A stretch of 64,000 nucleotides of DNA from an uncultured Candidatus Saccharibacteria bacterium (GCA_964467225.1 CAYXPQ010000002.1:7901-71900), one strand, 5' to 3'; numbered from the stretch's first letter, positions 46,644 to 59,500 are shown. Numbers and translations: made by a program. The notes: generated by a model from the letters alone, not told the origin.

Positions 46644-46663
46644 AATTTTGTTACAATACTACC

Positions 46664-47935
46664 ATGAAATTATCAACAGACTCATACAAGGGTGTTCGTG
46701 ACTTTTATCCAGATGATATGGCAATTCAAAACCAAATATTTACTATTTGGAAAGGGGTTGTAGAGAAATACGGCTATCAGGAATACAGTGCATCAGTCCT
46801 TGAGCCAGCAGATCTATATAGAGCAAAGTCTGGTGAAGAAATAGTAAATGAGCAGACATATACTTTCAAGGATCGAGGAGATAGAGAGGTTACATTGAGA
46901 CCGGAAATGACACCTACAGTTGCTCGTATGGTAGCAGGCAAAAAACGAGAATTAGCTTTCCCTCTTAGATGGTTCTCAATTCCCAATCTATTCCGATACG
47001 AGCAACCTCAAAGAGGAAGATTGCGAGAACACTGGCAATTAAATGTTGATATATTTGGTGTAGAAAGTCTTCAAGCAGAAGTTGAAATAATTCAAATGGC
47101 ATATGACATAACTCTTGCCTATGGACTTAAGCCTGCAGATTTTGAAATTAGAATAAATAATCGTAAATTAATGAATTACATCACTAAAGATATATTCGCG
47201 CTTGATGAGGACAAAGCCAAGAAACTTTCGAAGTTGATAGACAAAAGAGAGAAGCTACCAAAGGATACATTTGAATTATTGGCTCAAGAAATATTGGATA
47301 ATAAAAGTCAGCAATTTTTAACATTAATTAATTCTAATAATTTTGAAGAATTTACAACCCACCTACAGCAGACCAAGGAAGAGCATGAAGGAATTAAGGA
47401 AATAAAATCAGTAATAGAATCACTTGAAAAATTAGGTATAACAAACGCTCGTTTTGATCAGACACTTATGAGAGGTTTTGATTATTACACTGGAATAGTT
47501 TTTGAAGTTTTTGACAAGAATCCACTTAACAGAAGATCAGTATTCGGTGGCGGTAGATATGATGATTTACTTTCCCTATTTGGTGGAGAGAAAGTACCAG
47601 CGTTTGGATTTGGTGCGGGAGATGTGGTTGCTAGAGATTTGATGGAAACATATGGCAAGATAAATAAGGAGAATAGACCTTCACCGGCAGACATATATCT
47701 ATGTCTGTTGAACAAGGATGTTGTAGGATTTGCGCAAGACTTAGCTCAAGACATTAGAAGTAAGGGCAAGAAAGTAGCAATTGATTTCTCATTCAGGAAG
47801 ATTGGCGATCAGATCAAGAATGCAGACAAAATGAATATACCAAATGTGATCTGTATTGGAGAGGAAGAAGTCAAATCAGGTAAATTAAAAATAAAGAATC
47901 TAAAAACAAGTCAGGAGAATGAATTTGTAAATTAA
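46664..47935 (+). CDS. hisS: Histidine--tRNA ligase
   Basis: KGVRDF, LRPEMT, FRYEQPQRGRLREH, RGFDYYTG, GGGRYD. Confidence 0.97.
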   Translation: MKLSTDSYKGVRDFYPDDMAIQNQIFTIWKGVVEKYGYQEYSASVLEPADLYRAKSGEEIVNEQTYTFKDRGDREVTLRPEMTPTVARMVAGKKRELAFPLRWFSIPNLFRYEQPQRGRLREHWQLNVDIFGVESLQAEVEIIQMAYDITLAYGLKPADFEIRINNRKLMNYITKDIFALDEDKAKKLSKLIDKREKLPKDTFELLAQEILDNKSQQFLTLINSNNFEEFTTHLQQTKEEHEGIKEIKSVIESLEKLGITNARFDQTLMRGFDYYTGIVFEVFDKNPLNRRSVFGGGRYDDLLSLFGGEKVPAFGFGAGDVVARDLMETYGKINKENRPSPADIYLCLLNKDVVGFAQDLAQDIRSKGKKVAIDFSFRKIGDQIKNADKMNIPNVICIGEEEVKSGKLKIKNLKTSQENEFVN

Positions 47936-48520
47936 ATGCGCAAGATCACATTTGATGTTGAAACAAGAAATATATTCCAAGATGTAGGTTCAACAGAATC
48001 TACAGCTTTGGATATTTCAGTTGTATGCATACATGACTCACTGACTAATGAGTATTCTAGTTATTTGCAGGAGGATTTCCCTAAGCTTTGGCCTATTATT
48101 GAACAAGCTGATATGTTGATTACATTCAATGGAGATCATTTTGATATTCCCCTTTTAAATAAATATTACTCGGGTGATTTAACTAAAATTAAAAGTCTAG
48201 ATTTACTAGTTGAAATTAAAAAATCACTAGGAAGAAGAATTAAATTGGACACAATAGCTGAAGCAACTCTTGGAATCAAAAAGAGTGGTCACGGACTTGA
48301 AGCAGTAACTTGGTGGAAAGAAGGACAAATAGATAAAATAATTAAATATTGTATTGATGATGTAAAAATCACCAAGGATATTTATGATTATGCTATCAAG
48401 AATGGTAAATTAAAATACAAAGATCTTGGACTAAATGGAGAAATTAAAGATATAAAATTAGATACAAAAAACTGGGAAAAAGCAGAAGAGAATGTGATGA
48501 ATTTCACTTTACCCTTCTAG
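47936..48520 (+). CDS. RNase H-like (YprB/RNase_H_2) exonuclease-domain protein
   Basis: FDVET, FNGDHFD, YCIDDV. Confidence 0.88.
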   Translation: MRKITFDVETRNIFQDVGSTESTALDISVVCIHDSLTNEYSSYLQEDFPKLWPIIEQADMLITFNGDHFDIPLLNKYYSGDLTKIKSLDLLVEIKKSLGRRIKLDTIAEATLGIKKSGHGLEAVTWWKEGQIDKIIKYCIDDVKITKDIYDYAIKNGKLKYKDLGLNGEIKDIKLDTKNWEKAEENVMNFTLPF

Positions 48521-48522
48521 AT

Positions 48523-49245
48523 TTAAACTCCAGCCAATGTTATAGCTGTATAAAGCACAGCTATTCCAAGAATAGTCATAAATGTAGTCCAGAATGTTGG
48601 ATGCTGATGATGACTCTCTGGTAATAAATCACTCGCACCAAGATACAAGAAGAAACCACAAAACAAAGATAATATTATTCCCAACACTGATCCTGGTAAG
48701 ACAATAAATGTTGAGACAATAATACCTACAACTGGAGCCAGAGCATCAACAACAAGCCATCTTAATGCCTTTTTGATTGAACCCCCATTTTTGATTATTA
48801 GACCTACAGTATTTATACCATCAGAGAAGCCATGTGTAAGCACTGCTATAGCCACAATTATTCCAACCGCTGTAGACACTTGAAACGCTAAACCAATTGC
48901 AATACCATCCAAAAGGCTATGTATGGAAATGCTACCTGCGCCAATACGACCCCTATGACTTTCATTCTCGCAATGATCATCACCATGATGATGAGGCGCA
49001 ACAAATCTATCAATAATCATAAAGATAACAAAACCAAGAGCTACACATGCAGTTATTGTTGAAATATCATATACAGATTCTGCAAGCTCTATTGCTTCAG
49101 GTAATAAGTCAAAAAAAGCAACTCCAATAATAGCACCGGCGCTAAATCCTAAGACCAAGTGTAATTTATCTCTAAATCTTAAAGCCAATAAACCACCAGT
49201 AAAAGTTGAAATGAATGCTCCAATAGCTATGAATGTTAGTACCAT
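48523..49245 (-). CDS. ZIP-family metal transporter
   Basis: GFSAG, HHHGDDH loop, HSLLDG, HGFSDG. Confidence 0.92.
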   Translation of the reverse strand: MVLTFIAIGAFISTFTGGLLALRFRDKLHLVLGFSAGAIIGVAFFDLLPEAIELAESVYDISTITACVALGFVIFMIIDRFVAPHHHGDDHCENESHRGRIGAGSISIHSLLDGIAIGLAFQVSTAVGIIVAIAVLTHGFSDGINTVGLIIKNGGSIKKALRWLVVDALAPVVGIIVSTFIVLPGSVLGIILSLFCGFFLYLGASDLLPESHHQHPTFWTTFMTILGIAVLYTAITLAGV

Positions 49246-49288
49246 ATGTTATAATTGTTTATATTAACAAGAATAAGCATAACATAGT

Positions 49289-50125
49289 ATGGAATCAACA
49301 CAAGAAACAAGAACAAACCCACTAAACATACCAACAGCAATTGTCATTGCAGGTGCGATTATAGCAATAGCAATAATCTGGACAAAATCTCCATCAATAC
49401 CTAAACAAACAGCTTCAGTAGCTGATTCTTTTGAAACTCAGGTAAAGCCACTTTCAGACACTGATTATATAATCGGCAATCCAAGTGCTCGCGTAAAAAT
49501 AATTGAATATTCTGACCCTTCATGTCCTTTCTGCAAAGTATTCCACAATACAATGAGGAAAATTATGAGTGAATATGGAGCAACTGGCAATGTAGCTTGG
49601 GCATATAGACATTACACATTAGACAAACCAGATGCTACAGGTTTCGTCTTACACCCAAATGCAGGTCGTGAAGCACAAGCCATGGAATGTGCAGGATCTC
49701 TAGGTGGCAATGATAAATTCTGGAAATTCACTAATAGACTTTATGAAATAACACCATCAGTTACAGGTCAGAATCCTAAAGGTCTAGACCCTAAGGAATT
49801 ACCTAAAATAGCAGAATACTCAGGTATTAATGTTACAGATTTCAATAATTGTCTAGCTACAGAGAAATTCAAGGAGAAGGTTGAATCAGACTTTACTGAC
49901 GGAATCAACATTGGTATTCAAGGTACTCCTTCAAGCATAATAGTATTGGACAAGGCCTTCCCTGCATCAATCAAAGAGAAATTAATGCAAATTTATGAAC
50001 CATACAAAAATTCTCAAGGTGAGTATCCAATTAGATTAAGTTCAGATTCAAAAATGATACTTATGGGAGGTGCATTACCTATAGAGACTGTTAAAGCAAC
50101 CATAGACTTACTCTTTACCTACTAA
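49289..50125 (+). CDS. DsbA-family thiol-disulfide oxidoreductase
   Basis: EYSDPSCPFC, GIQGTP; N-terminal anchor. Confidence 0.92.
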   Translation: MESTQETRTNPLNIPTAIVIAGAIIAIAIIWTKSPSIPKQTASVADSFETQVKPLSDTDYIIGNPSARVKIIEYSDPSCPFCKVFHNTMRKIMSEYGATGNVAWAYRHYTLDKPDATGFVLHPNAGREAQAMECAGSLGGNDKFWKFTNRLYEITPSVTGQNPKGLDPKELPKIAEYSGINVTDFNNCLATEKFKEKVESDFTDGINIGIQGTPSSIIVLDKAFPASIKEKLMQIYEPYKNSQGEYPIRLSSDSKMILMGGALPIETVKATIDLLFTY

Positions 50126-53002
50126 GCTAGTACTGAGTTTACAGAATTCACATTCTTTATCATCACAATTTTTATCCCAGAAGGCTAATGAATAGATTTC
50201 ATTAGCTTTTTCTGATATTAATTTCTTTAATTGTTCTATATCATTATCTGTAACCTCAACAACTTCTTTTTTTTGTGATTCAATAAAATCCAATTCACCA
50301 GATCTCATTATGTATTTCTTCTTATCATCTAACTCTAGTAATAATTTATAGAAAATAACTTGCCTCCTATAATTGTCTTTGTTTTCGGATTTCTTTTTGC
50401 CAGTCTTATAATCAATAACATTCACCTCTCTATCATTATAGAACTCGAGCTTATCTATATTTCCTTTTAGAATTAGATCGAATACTCCAGTGTTTAAATG
50501 AACGCCTCTAATACTATATTCTGTGATTAAATTCCTATTCCATATACCCTTATACTTACTATAATATTTAGATAATGTATCTTTACCCTTTGCTAGACTT
50601 TCTTTTATATCAGCAACTGACATAGGAGTCTTTTTTAAATTAAATTCAAAAAGATCTATTAATTCAGCTTCACTAAGATCCTGCTCTTCTCTGTATTTGT
50701 TGAAGAAAATTTGCAATGTATTGTGTATAGCTGTTCCATACATTTGATACTTGGTCTGTGACATTGGTAGTCTTATCAAATTCTTGAAAAAATATTCCCA
50801 AGGACATTTAAGATAATTATTTAATGCTGTAACTGCTAGACCTTGCTCAAGGAATAGCTCTTGCAGGTACTTCTTATTTTTAATTTCATGATTTAAATGT
50901 GTAATAGATTCTGAATGAATATTGATTTTGTGCTTTATCTCATGTTTAGCATTTATTTTATACTCATCTGATATTTCTGAAATGAATTGACAAGGTAACA
51001 TATCCCTGCCACTACTACTAACCTTAGAATAACTTATATTTACAAGCTTTCTAGCTCTCGTTAATGCAACATAGAACAGTCTTCTCTCATCATCAATACT
51101 ATTGTCTTCCACCGAAGCCACAGTAGAGAAATATCTTCTCCTTGTTTTATTGCTCCAATGTCCATCGTTAGCACCAACTATATAGACAATATCAAATTCT
51201 AAACCTTTTGATCTGTGAGCTGTCATAAGCTTCACACTATCATTATTATTTGAATCCTTATTTACTCTAGTTGAGATTCCATGCTCTCTCACTCTATCTA
51301 TATGAACAATAAAGTCTGATAAGAAATATTCCCTCTTGGATCCAGTTAAATTCTTTATCTCAGTAAAAAATGATTCAAGAATAGACATTCTATCTAAAGA
51401 ATCTGATTCAGATAGAATGTAATCAATATATCCAGACTCCCTAACTATCAGACTAAATAATTCAATAAATGAAATATTCTTAGACTTGCTAGACCAAGAA
51501 GATAATCTGTGAGCTAAATCAGGGAACTTCTGAAGTATTATATCTATTAATATTATTTTATTGCGTCTTGATTCTTCTATTGCCTTATATATTTCTATAA
51601 TATTAAGATCAAAAAAATCAATAAATAATATCTTTGCTAATTTCTCCTCATTTGATAAATCATCAATACTATCAAAAATCAGTAGTAATTTTCTAATGTC
51701 ATTATTTTTTAAAATATCATTGTCTGACTCAATAACATAAGGAATATCGGTTTTGCTTAGCAACTCTGCAATAGGAAACGCATCTACATTATCTCTAAAT
51801 AATATTGCAATTTCATTTGCCTTAATACCTTGATTTATTTTTGATTTTATATCCTGGATTAGAAAATTATATTCATCATCACTAGTATTAAATTCATAAA
51901 TATTGACTGGTTCAAGATTATTTTGTGATTTTGACTTTAATTTTACTCTTTCTAAATTATCAATTTTTCTATTATTATCAATCACAGAATGTGAGGCGTC
52001 CAATATGGTTTGAGTTGATCTGTAATTCTCTTCTAGATTTATTATTTTTGCATCTTTATATAATTTTTTGAAATAAAGGAAATTATCCAGTGAAGCACCT
52101 TGAAATTTGTATATTGCTTGCTTCTCATCACCGACAATAAACAAATTTGGATTTGAATGAAAATTAGATAATAATTCTAAAATTGCATTCTGAATATTAT
52201 TGGCATCTTGATGTTCATCTGCGAGTATGTATTGATAACTCTCTTGAAGAATTAATAATAGATCAGAATCACTTCTCAATGTCCTCACAACCTCAACAAT
52301 CATATCCTCAAAATCATAGAATTTATTGATAACTAATGCCTTCTCATATTCAGAATATAATTTATATAATTCTTTATTTTTATTTATTCTATCTCTCAAC
52401 TTTATAAATTCCCCTTTCATCTTGCCCTTATGAACACCCTTGGCATGCACCTTGTCAGGAATATTATCAAAATCAAATTGTTGCTTGCTTATTATTTCTT
52501 CGAATTTTTCTGGGCTAATATCATCTTTTTTTAAATTTTTGATCTCACTTAATGCGGGTTTTATATAGTAATAAATATCTCCAAACGGTTTAATGATTGA
52601 AAAATCATTATTATCAATTATCTTCTCCATTATTGAAATCTGATCAATCTCGGTGATAGATGTAGAACCGATTATTCTTGGGAATTTCTCAGGGAATTGC
52701 TTTATTATTTCATTACAAAATCCATGAAATGTATTTATATTTACCTTATATGCAGAAGTACCTATAAGTTCCAACAACTTCTTCCTCATAGCAAATACTC
52801 CTGATTCAGTAAAAGTTAAAGCCAAAATATTCTCAGGTGATGTATCTGTTTTATCTAAAATATTTGCAATTCTTAATGTTAGGATTGAGGTTTTACCTGT
52901 TCCTGGACCTGCAATAACCATCACTGGACCCTCTATAGTGTCCACTGCGTCCTTCTGGGCCTTATTAAGGCGTTTGTATTGTTCTGTGAAAATTTGTTGC
53001 AT
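50108..53002 (-). CDS. UvrD/PcrA-family helicase with C-terminal PD-(D/E)xK nuclease domain
   Basis: AGPGTGKT, DEHQD, GDEKQAIY, NYRS, KGLEF, ERRLFYVALTRA; CP...GNIDK..IDYKTG..C..CEFC. Confidence 0.93.
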   Translation of the reverse strand: MQQIFTEQYKRLNKAQKDAVDTIEGPVMVIAGPGTGKTSILTLRIANILDKTDTSPENILALTFTESGVFAMRKKLLELIGTSAYKVNINTFHGFCNEIIKQFPEKFPRIIGSTSITEIDQISIMEKIIDNNDFSIIKPFGDIYYYIKPALSEIKNLKKDDISPEKFEEIISKQQFDFDNIPDKVHAKGVHKGKMKGEFIKLRDRINKNKELYKLYSEYEKALVINKFYDFEDMIVEVVRTLRSDSDLLLILQESYQYILADEHQDANNIQNAILELLSNFHSNPNLFIVGDEKQAIYKFQGASLDNFLYFKKLYKDAKIINLEENYRSTQTILDASHSVIDNNRKIDNLERVKLKSKSQNNLEPVNIYEFNTSDDEYNFLIQDIKSKINQGIKANEIAILFRDNVDAFPIAELLSKTDIPYVIESDNDILKNNDIRKLLLIFDSIDDLSNEEKLAKILFIDFFDLNIIEIYKAIEESRRNKIILIDIILQKFPDLAHRLSSWSSKSKNISFIELFSLIVRESGYIDYILSESDSLDRMSILESFFTEIKNLTGSKREYFLSDFIVHIDRVREHGISTRVNKDSNNNDSVKLMTAHRSKGLEFDIVYIVGANDGHWSNKTRRRYFSTVASVEDNSIDDERRLFYVALTRARKLVNISYSKVSSSGRDMLPCQFISEISDEYKINAKHEIKHKINIHSESITHLNHEIKNKKYLQELFLEQGLAVTALNNYLKCPWEYFFKNLIRLPMSQTKYQMYGTAIHNTLQIFFNKYREEQDLSEAELIDLFEFNLKKTPMSVADIKESLAKGKDTLSKYYSKYKGIWNRNLITEYSIRGVHLNTGVFDLILKGNIDKLEFYNDREVNVIDYKTGKKKSENKDNYRRQVIFYKLLLELDDKKKYIMRSGELDFIESQKKEVVEVTDNDIEQLKKLISEKANEIYSLAFWDKNCDDKECEFCKLSTSLVGKE

Positions 53003-53075
53003 ATGGATTGGATTAATGATATATTAACATTACAAACGGCTTTTAGCCCTCCCCGCAAGGGGTAAAAAGGGAAAT
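52997..53075 (+). ncRNA. Promoter plus structured 5' region of a putative transcript antisense to mazF
   Basis: TTGCAT-17nt-TATATT with extended TG; GGC-TTTTA-GCC and CCCC-GCAA-GGGG hairpins; TTTTA/TAAAA possible pseudoknot. Confidence 0.45.
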
Positions 53076-53076
53076 C

Positions 53077-53466
53077 TCATACAAGTAATTGTGTGAGATT
53101 TTTCTTTATTTCAATAAAATCGCCTTTTGATAAAATACCCATTTTATACTGAAGCCTCTTTCCGTCAATTAAGCGAATTTGTGAAAGTATTGCTGTACTA
53201 ATTAAATTATCCATATTGAATGAAAAATAATATGGTCCCTTTTTGTTATTTTTTGTCAGTGGAACACCCCATAAGATCTCATTATTGAATTTTTTAACTA
53301 CCACAATTGGTCTCAAGAACTGAGGTCCTCTACCATCCTGTTCAAAACCAACATTTAATCCCATAGAACATGACCATATCTCTGCTTCACGGAAATGTGG
53401 CCTTGCCTTATCATTTTGTAGTATTGTTTTATTATTGTGCCAATTGAGATATTCTTTAGACTCCAT
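53077..53466 (-). CDS. PemK/MazF-family endoribonuclease with no adjacent protein antitoxin
   Basis: EIW...GLNVGFEQDG..RPIVVV, VPLT, SQIRLIDGKRL. Confidence 0.9.
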   Translation of the reverse strand: MESKEYLNWHNNKTILQNDKARPHFREAEIWSCSMGLNVGFEQDGRGPQFLRPIVVVKKFNNEILWGVPLTKNNKKGPYYFSFNMDNLISTAILSQIRLIDGKRLQYKMGILSKGDFIEIKKNLTQLLV

Positions 53467-53585
53467 GAATTAATATTTAGATAAATAATATATCAATTAT
53501 ACCCCCTCAATTTTGCTTGTGAAGTTACATTAACAAAGTATTTGTGTTGGAAGTATTAAACCCTATACCACCCCACCCTATAGCC

Positions 53586-54785
53586 TTAGTAATTCCTCAA
53601 TCTATTTATCTTCTCATGCTGTCTTATCTTCTCATGCGCCTTTGCCTCAATCTGTCTTATTCTTTCTCGAGTTACACCAAATTCTTTACCCACTTCTTCT
53701 AGTGTATGTGTTATACCATCATTTAGTCCATGTCTCATCTCAAGTATTCTCTTCTCCTTCTCTGATAGATCATCTAGAATTTCATTTACTTGATCACGCA
53801 ATATTCTATGTGAAGATTCTTGATCGGGAGATAGAATCTTATCATCAGAAATAAAGTCTCCAAGTGTAGACTTACCATCATCACTATCATCTCCTACTGG
53901 ACTTTCTAGTGATACAACATCCTGATCTATCTTCTCAATATTGTAAATCTTATCTACATCTAGACCCATTTCTGTAGCTATCTCCTCTGGTAATGGATCA
54001 CGTCCAAGATCTTGAGTCAGTCTTCTTACTACTTGCTTATATTTAGCTATTGTCTCAACCATGTGAACTGGAACACGGATTGTTCTGCTCTGATCTGCAA
54101 GAGCACGAGTAATAGCTTGTCTAATCCACCAAGTAGCATAAGTTGAGAATTTATAACCCTTTGTCCAATCAAACTTGTCTACTGCCTTGAATAGACCAAG
54201 ATTACCTTCTTGAATAAGATCAAGAAGTGTTAGATCTGGACTTCTACCTACATATTTCTTTGCAATTGATACTACAAGTCTAAGATTCGCTCTAGCTAAA
54301 AGATTTTTTGCTTCATTATCGCCTTGTTGTATTCTTCTTGCTAATTCCTTCTCATTTGAAGCAGAAATAAGAGAGTACTGACCTATCTCCTTCAAATACA
54401 TTTGTATTGAATCATAAGATGAATCACTAACACTTCTTGATCCATATGAGTACTTCTTAGAACTTGGGGCCACCTCTGGCTCAACCTCAAGCAGACCTCC
54501 ACCTTCCAATATATCAATTCCGGCCACTGAAAATTTACTATATAGATCATCCAAGAAAGTTATATCTTGTTCTACATTTGGGAACTCCTTAAGAATCTCA
54601 TCGTATGTTACGAATCCTCTTTCTCTACCCTTTGTAATTAATTTTTGAGATTTTGTTTCGAATTCTTTATTTTTGTTTTGCTTTGGTGATGATTTTTGAG
54701 ATTTTGCTTTTGTTACTGATTTTTTATTTACCTTTTTGCTTGATGACTTCTTAATTATTTTCTTATTTTTTTTAATTTTTTTCAT
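53586..54785 (-). CDS. rpoD: RNA polymerase primary sigma factor
   Basis: [50 protein letters not shown]. Confidence 0.97.
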   Translation of the reverse strand: MKKIKKNKKIIKKSSSKKVNKKSVTKAKSQKSSPKQNKNKEFETKSQKLITKGRERGFVTYDEILKEFPNVEQDITFLDDLYSKFSVAGIDILEGGGLLEVEPEVAPSSKKYSYGSRSVSDSSYDSIQMYLKEIGQYSLISASNEKELARRIQQGDNEAKNLLARANLRLVVSIAKKYVGRSPDLTLLDLIQEGNLGLFKAVDKFDWTKGYKFSTYATWWIRQAITRALADQSRTIRVPVHMVETIAKYKQVVRRLTQDLGRDPLPEEIATEMGLDVDKIYNIEKIDQDVVSLESPVGDDSDDGKSTLGDFISDDKILSPDQESSHRILRDQVNEILDDLSEKEKRILEMRHGLNDGITHTLEEVGKEFGVTRERIRQIEAKAHEKIRQHEKINRLRNY

Positions 54786-54787
54786 AA

Positions 54788-56521
54788 TTATTTTTTAAAT
54801 AAATTTTGTTTTCTTTTTTCTAAATCTGATCTTCTTTTTATCAAATCATTTAATTTATTTGCATCAATATCATTTACATCACCTCTTATCTCAGAGAATT
54901 CTTCTCTAATGATATTGTCCTCAAAATTGAGCATAAGCTCAGATAACTCAGCACGATAATCAGATTTTAAACCATATGTGATCTCTGCTTCTAATATCAT
55001 TTCATCTTTATATGGTTCTATGCTTAATATTAAATTGTTGTATTTATCCTTGGTAATATTCTTGATGGTAGTTTTGTAACTATCAACATCAATACCAAGA
55101 TCTGGATTTTTGTCCAAAAAATAAAGTAAGCCAAGTAATTTCCTTGTTATAGAATCAAGTTGTGAAGAAATATTATTTTGCCTTTCAACAATCTTATATT
55201 CTTTAACTTCACTGTTAATTGCTGATTCTGTTGATTTCAGATCTGCAATTATTGATTCCTCAGAAAGTCCTGTTCTTTCCTTTATTAACTTTATATAGTG
55301 TGCCTTTTCCATTGCTCCTGTAAGAGGCGCTATAAATGGAAATACATTGTCCCTTAATGCCTTTGGCAATTTCCTTGGGTCCAATTTTTGTGAAAGCACA
55401 GTATCAAGTTGAAATTCTACCACAGGTTTAGAATTACGCAAGACATTTTTCCACGATTCAGGATCATTCAATACAAGATCGGCAGGGTCTTTACCATCAG
55501 GTAAATCTGCAATTTTTACATCCATACCGAGTCCAAGGGCAATACTGGCTGATCTCATTGCAGCTTTCCTACCAGCATTATCAGAATCAAAAGCTAAAAT
55601 TATATTATTTGATAGTCTTTTTACAATACCAAGATTATTTACAATATTCTCCTTTGAGACAAGAGTATCTGCAAGTGCAGTACCAGAGACTGCTACAGTA
55701 TTTCTTATACCCGATTGATGTGAGAGTACTAAATCCATTTGACCTTCTACTAAAATAGAATAATTCTTGATTCTTATGTCTTGTTTTGCCTTATCAATTC
55801 CATACAATACTGTTGATTTGTTAAATAGAACAGTATCAGGACTATTCAAATACTTTGCAGATTTTCCATCATCAACAAGAATTCTTCCAGAGAAAGCTAT
55901 TACTCTTCCACTTGAATCAGATATTGGAAACATAACTCTTCCTCGAAATCTATCATAGTACCCCTTGCTAGGATCATCGGGCTTTTTTGTTAGACCAGCC
56001 TTCTCGATATCAGAATCAGAATATTTTTTGTTTTTTAAATATGTATATAACAATCTCCAATCCAATGGAATATATCCAATTCTAAATTTCTTAATTGTAT
56101 CCTGTGTTAAACCTCTATTCTTTAGATAATTCTGAGCCTCATTTGATTTAGATAAATTGGATTCAAAAAATTCAGTAGCGTGCTCCATTATCGCAAGTAA
56201 TCTTTCTTTCTCACTTTTGCTTTCTTGATTATTTCTATCAAATTCAAGTGGTATTCCAGCTCTCTCTGCCAGCAACTTAAGTGCACCCATAAAATCTAAA
56301 CCTTCGAACTGTTCAACAAAACTGAATATATCTCCTTTAGCACCGCATCCGAAGCAATAGTAACTTCCCCTCTCCGGAGTCACGAAGAAAGAAGGAGTCT
56401 TCTCATTGTGAAATGGGCATTTGCCTTTTAGATTTTTGCCAGCTGTTTCTAGCTTAATATATGAGCTAATAACCTCCTCAATCCCAAGCTTTTCCTTGAT
56501 TTTATCTATATTAGTCGACAT
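54788..56521 (-). CDS. dnaG: DNA primase
   Basis: [15 protein letters not shown] zinc finger, KYLNSP, VEGQMD, FDSDNAG, KDPAD. Confidence 0.97.
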   Translation of the reverse strand: MSTNIDKIKEKLGIEEVISSYIKLETAGKNLKGKCPFHNEKTPSFFVTPERGSYYCFGCGAKGDIFSFVEQFEGLDFMGALKLLAERAGIPLEFDRNNQESKSEKERLLAIMEHATEFFESNLSKSNEAQNYLKNRGLTQDTIKKFRIGYIPLDWRLLYTYLKNKKYSDSDIEKAGLTKKPDDPSKGYYDRFRGRVMFPISDSSGRVIAFSGRILVDDGKSAKYLNSPDTVLFNKSTVLYGIDKAKQDIRIKNYSILVEGQMDLVLSHQSGIRNTVAVSGTALADTLVSKENIVNNLGIVKRLSNNIILAFDSDNAGRKAAMRSASIALGLGMDVKIADLPDGKDPADLVLNDPESWKNVLRNSKPVVEFQLDTVLSQKLDPRKLPKALRDNVFPFIAPLTGAMEKAHYIKLIKERTGLSEESIIADLKSTESAINSEVKEYKIVERQNNISSQLDSITRKLLGLLYFLDKNPDLGIDVDSYKTTIKNITKDKYNNLILSIEPYKDEMILEAEITYGLKSDYRAELSELMLNFEDNIIREEFSEIRGDVNDIDANKLNDLIKRRSDLEKRKQNLFKK

Positions 56522-56537
56522 ATAAATGCCATTATAA

Positions 56538-59500
56538 CTAAATTATCTGCTTAACTCCACTAAGTATGCGCACTGGGATCTGTTTGATGAATTCAGCAAT
56601 TTTATTTAATATTCCTTTGATATATTGAACAAACACATCATTATATGATAAGGGATCAAAATTAAAGTATTCGGAATCATCATTGAATATATAGTCAGTC
56701 ATTTTATCTGGAGTAGGATTAGTAGATTTTATGTTTTTAGTTGAAACACCAGTCGGATTATTTGTCGAAGTATTCTTTACTGGAGTTACTTTTATATTTA
56801 CTTGTTTGACTGTTGGTACAATAGTACCGAGACCAGCCTTTATTGGTGTATAAACAATATTTGGTGCAATATTTGGAACATAATTTGCCCCTCCTTCTAT
56901 TACTTCGTACACAGAGAATCCATCGACGTTAAATACTAATGTTTTATTTATGAATGAAATAATACTACAAGTTGTACATGGAGTTCCGTCCTTCAAGATC
57001 TTAGGTTTTATTACATTTACATTGTACATAGTAATAATGGCTCTCTTATTTAATTGTGGTAGATTTTTAGAATTTAGTGAGACCTTATTTTGTGAGAATA
57101 CAAGATTAGAATCAATATCTAATTGATTAATAATTGATGAATCATCGTTATATAATTTTGTTGGTTGTCTAAAATTAATTTTTCCAAGTGTGCTTTTGCC
57201 AATTATGAAGTCCGGATAATATGATAGATCTTGATCGAAATTTGGCTTTATATCAAAATTATCGACTTTTGGCTTTGGACATCCATATTTATTAACTACC
57301 GATCTTAATGATGCAGAAGTATTCTGACACATATCAGAAGAATCCATAACTCCATCTAAATCTGTGTCGACAGTAATTAATATTCTTGTAGTAAATGTAT
57401 TATCTGTTGAAACAGAAACATTGCCAGATGCATCCTTAGTTATTACTCTATAGTGGTACAAAGTATTTGGATTCAATCCTGAAATTGATATTGAATGAGA
57501 ATTTACAAGAGTTTGACTAAATGAAGTACTATTGCCATAAGAATCAGTCAAACCATATTCTATCTGAGCATATGTTGGCTCATTAGTCTGGAATGTAATT
57601 GTTGTTTCTCCAGCAGTTACAGAAGGTGCAGCAACATTATTTATTATTGGAGGAATACTATCTATTTCGACAATTACATTAGCAATTGTAACGTTTACTG
57701 GATTAGATATTGCGGTATTACCATTTATATCTGTAGCTTGAGCAGTTAATATATGATTACCATTTGTAACTCCTACAGTATTCCATGCACCAGAATATGG
57801 AGGTTGAGTAAATAAACCTCCAAAATTCACACCGTCCAATTTAAATTGAACACTTTGTACTGCTATATTATCAGTAGCAATAGCCAGAATTGGAACAGAA
57901 TCTTTTATAATAGAATCATTTGTTGGTGAAGAAATAGAAATAGTGGGAGGAGTTGTATCAGCCGCGATAATATTGAAAGAACATGAAGCATTTGTACCAC
58001 CATTTGACTCAACACAAGACCAAAGATTTTGAGTTGCAGAATCTGGCAAATCAGAGAATGCTCCAGAGACACATTGGTTAAGAATCGCTGAGCATTGTCC
58101 AGTAACAACAATAGGGGTTGGAGGCGGATCTTCAGGTAGTGTTGGTGCTGAATAATTTACAGCACTATTCTTTATTGCTGTTCTAGTAGTTGTATTACCT
58201 ATGAATTCTGTAAACCAATAATAAGTTTTACCAGAATTTAATTTATACCGATTATATATTTCACTATATGTTAAAGCTTTTTTGTACATCACAAACTCAT
58301 CAATAAAACCGTTAAATGAAGCCCCGGAGCCAGAATATCCCAGTACAAATAGATTGTTGTTGTCAGACTTTGTAAATGCAGGAATTTGGCATGCAGGAGC
58401 TGGAGTAAGTCTTGGTGTAGGACAATTTGTGTCTTTCGTACCTCCAAGATTTCCATTTACATTCTTACCATCTAGATATATGTCCATTTTTCTTAATTCT
58501 TGCTGAAAACCAGAACCATCAAATACAAAGACTAGGTGATGATAGGTGTTATCTGCTGGGAATTTAATATTGCTATATCTTTCTCTAGTAATTGTTCCAT
58601 CAGAGACTTGAAATATTATCTCCCTACCTGTCTCACGTATTCTAGCTGCATAAGGTGAGAAATCTAATGAGAAACTACTAACATCGCCCTTTGAAAATAG
58701 TCGAGAAGAACCATTCAAAGATGGGGATTTGAGCCACATCTCAATAGTGAATTGATTTAAGTTATTTAAACTTAAATCATTTGGAATTCTAATGCTCTTT
58801 GAATTAGTTGTACCATCAGATTTTAATCCGCCAGCAAATTTTCCATATGAATCTCCATACTCAAGTGTTCCAGCAACTGTGTTTACCAAAGTGGCATTTC
58901 TAGCATAAGAGCTGAAATCCTTTACACTAGTTGTAGTCTCAGCCATCTCTGCTCTTTTGTCAAAATGATACAACATTAAGGTATTTGAATCAGAAGTACG
59001 AATAGGAGCATCCCACGGATAAGTTATTGTACTTCCATTTGCCACATCTTGAGCAAACAATAGATCATTAATTCCAGGTGATGGATTTTCACTTCCAAAA
59101 ACTCTTACTCTCATAGGGTTTTTGTCACCATTTACTGCTTCACTAATTAGTATACTGTCATTACTTGCAACAGTGCCAAATTGGAAGAAAGTTTTATTAA
59201 CTAAATTGGGATCATATGTATTTACTGTAATATAAACTGGGTTATTATTGAGAGTATAGCTAAATCTTTGTCCTGAAGAATAATTACCCAATACCTTACC
59301 AAACATATCATAAATTGTAATTGCTGCAGGTAATGAGTTATTCTCTATTACAACTGTCTTGCCGGGTACATCTGTCCACGCAACCATCACACTATTATTT
59401 GTATCCTTAATGAACTGCATCATTACAATACTCTCGTCATCCACAAAATCGCCTTTAGCAACATAACCTTTAAATTTAATATTCGCACCATCAAGAAAAT

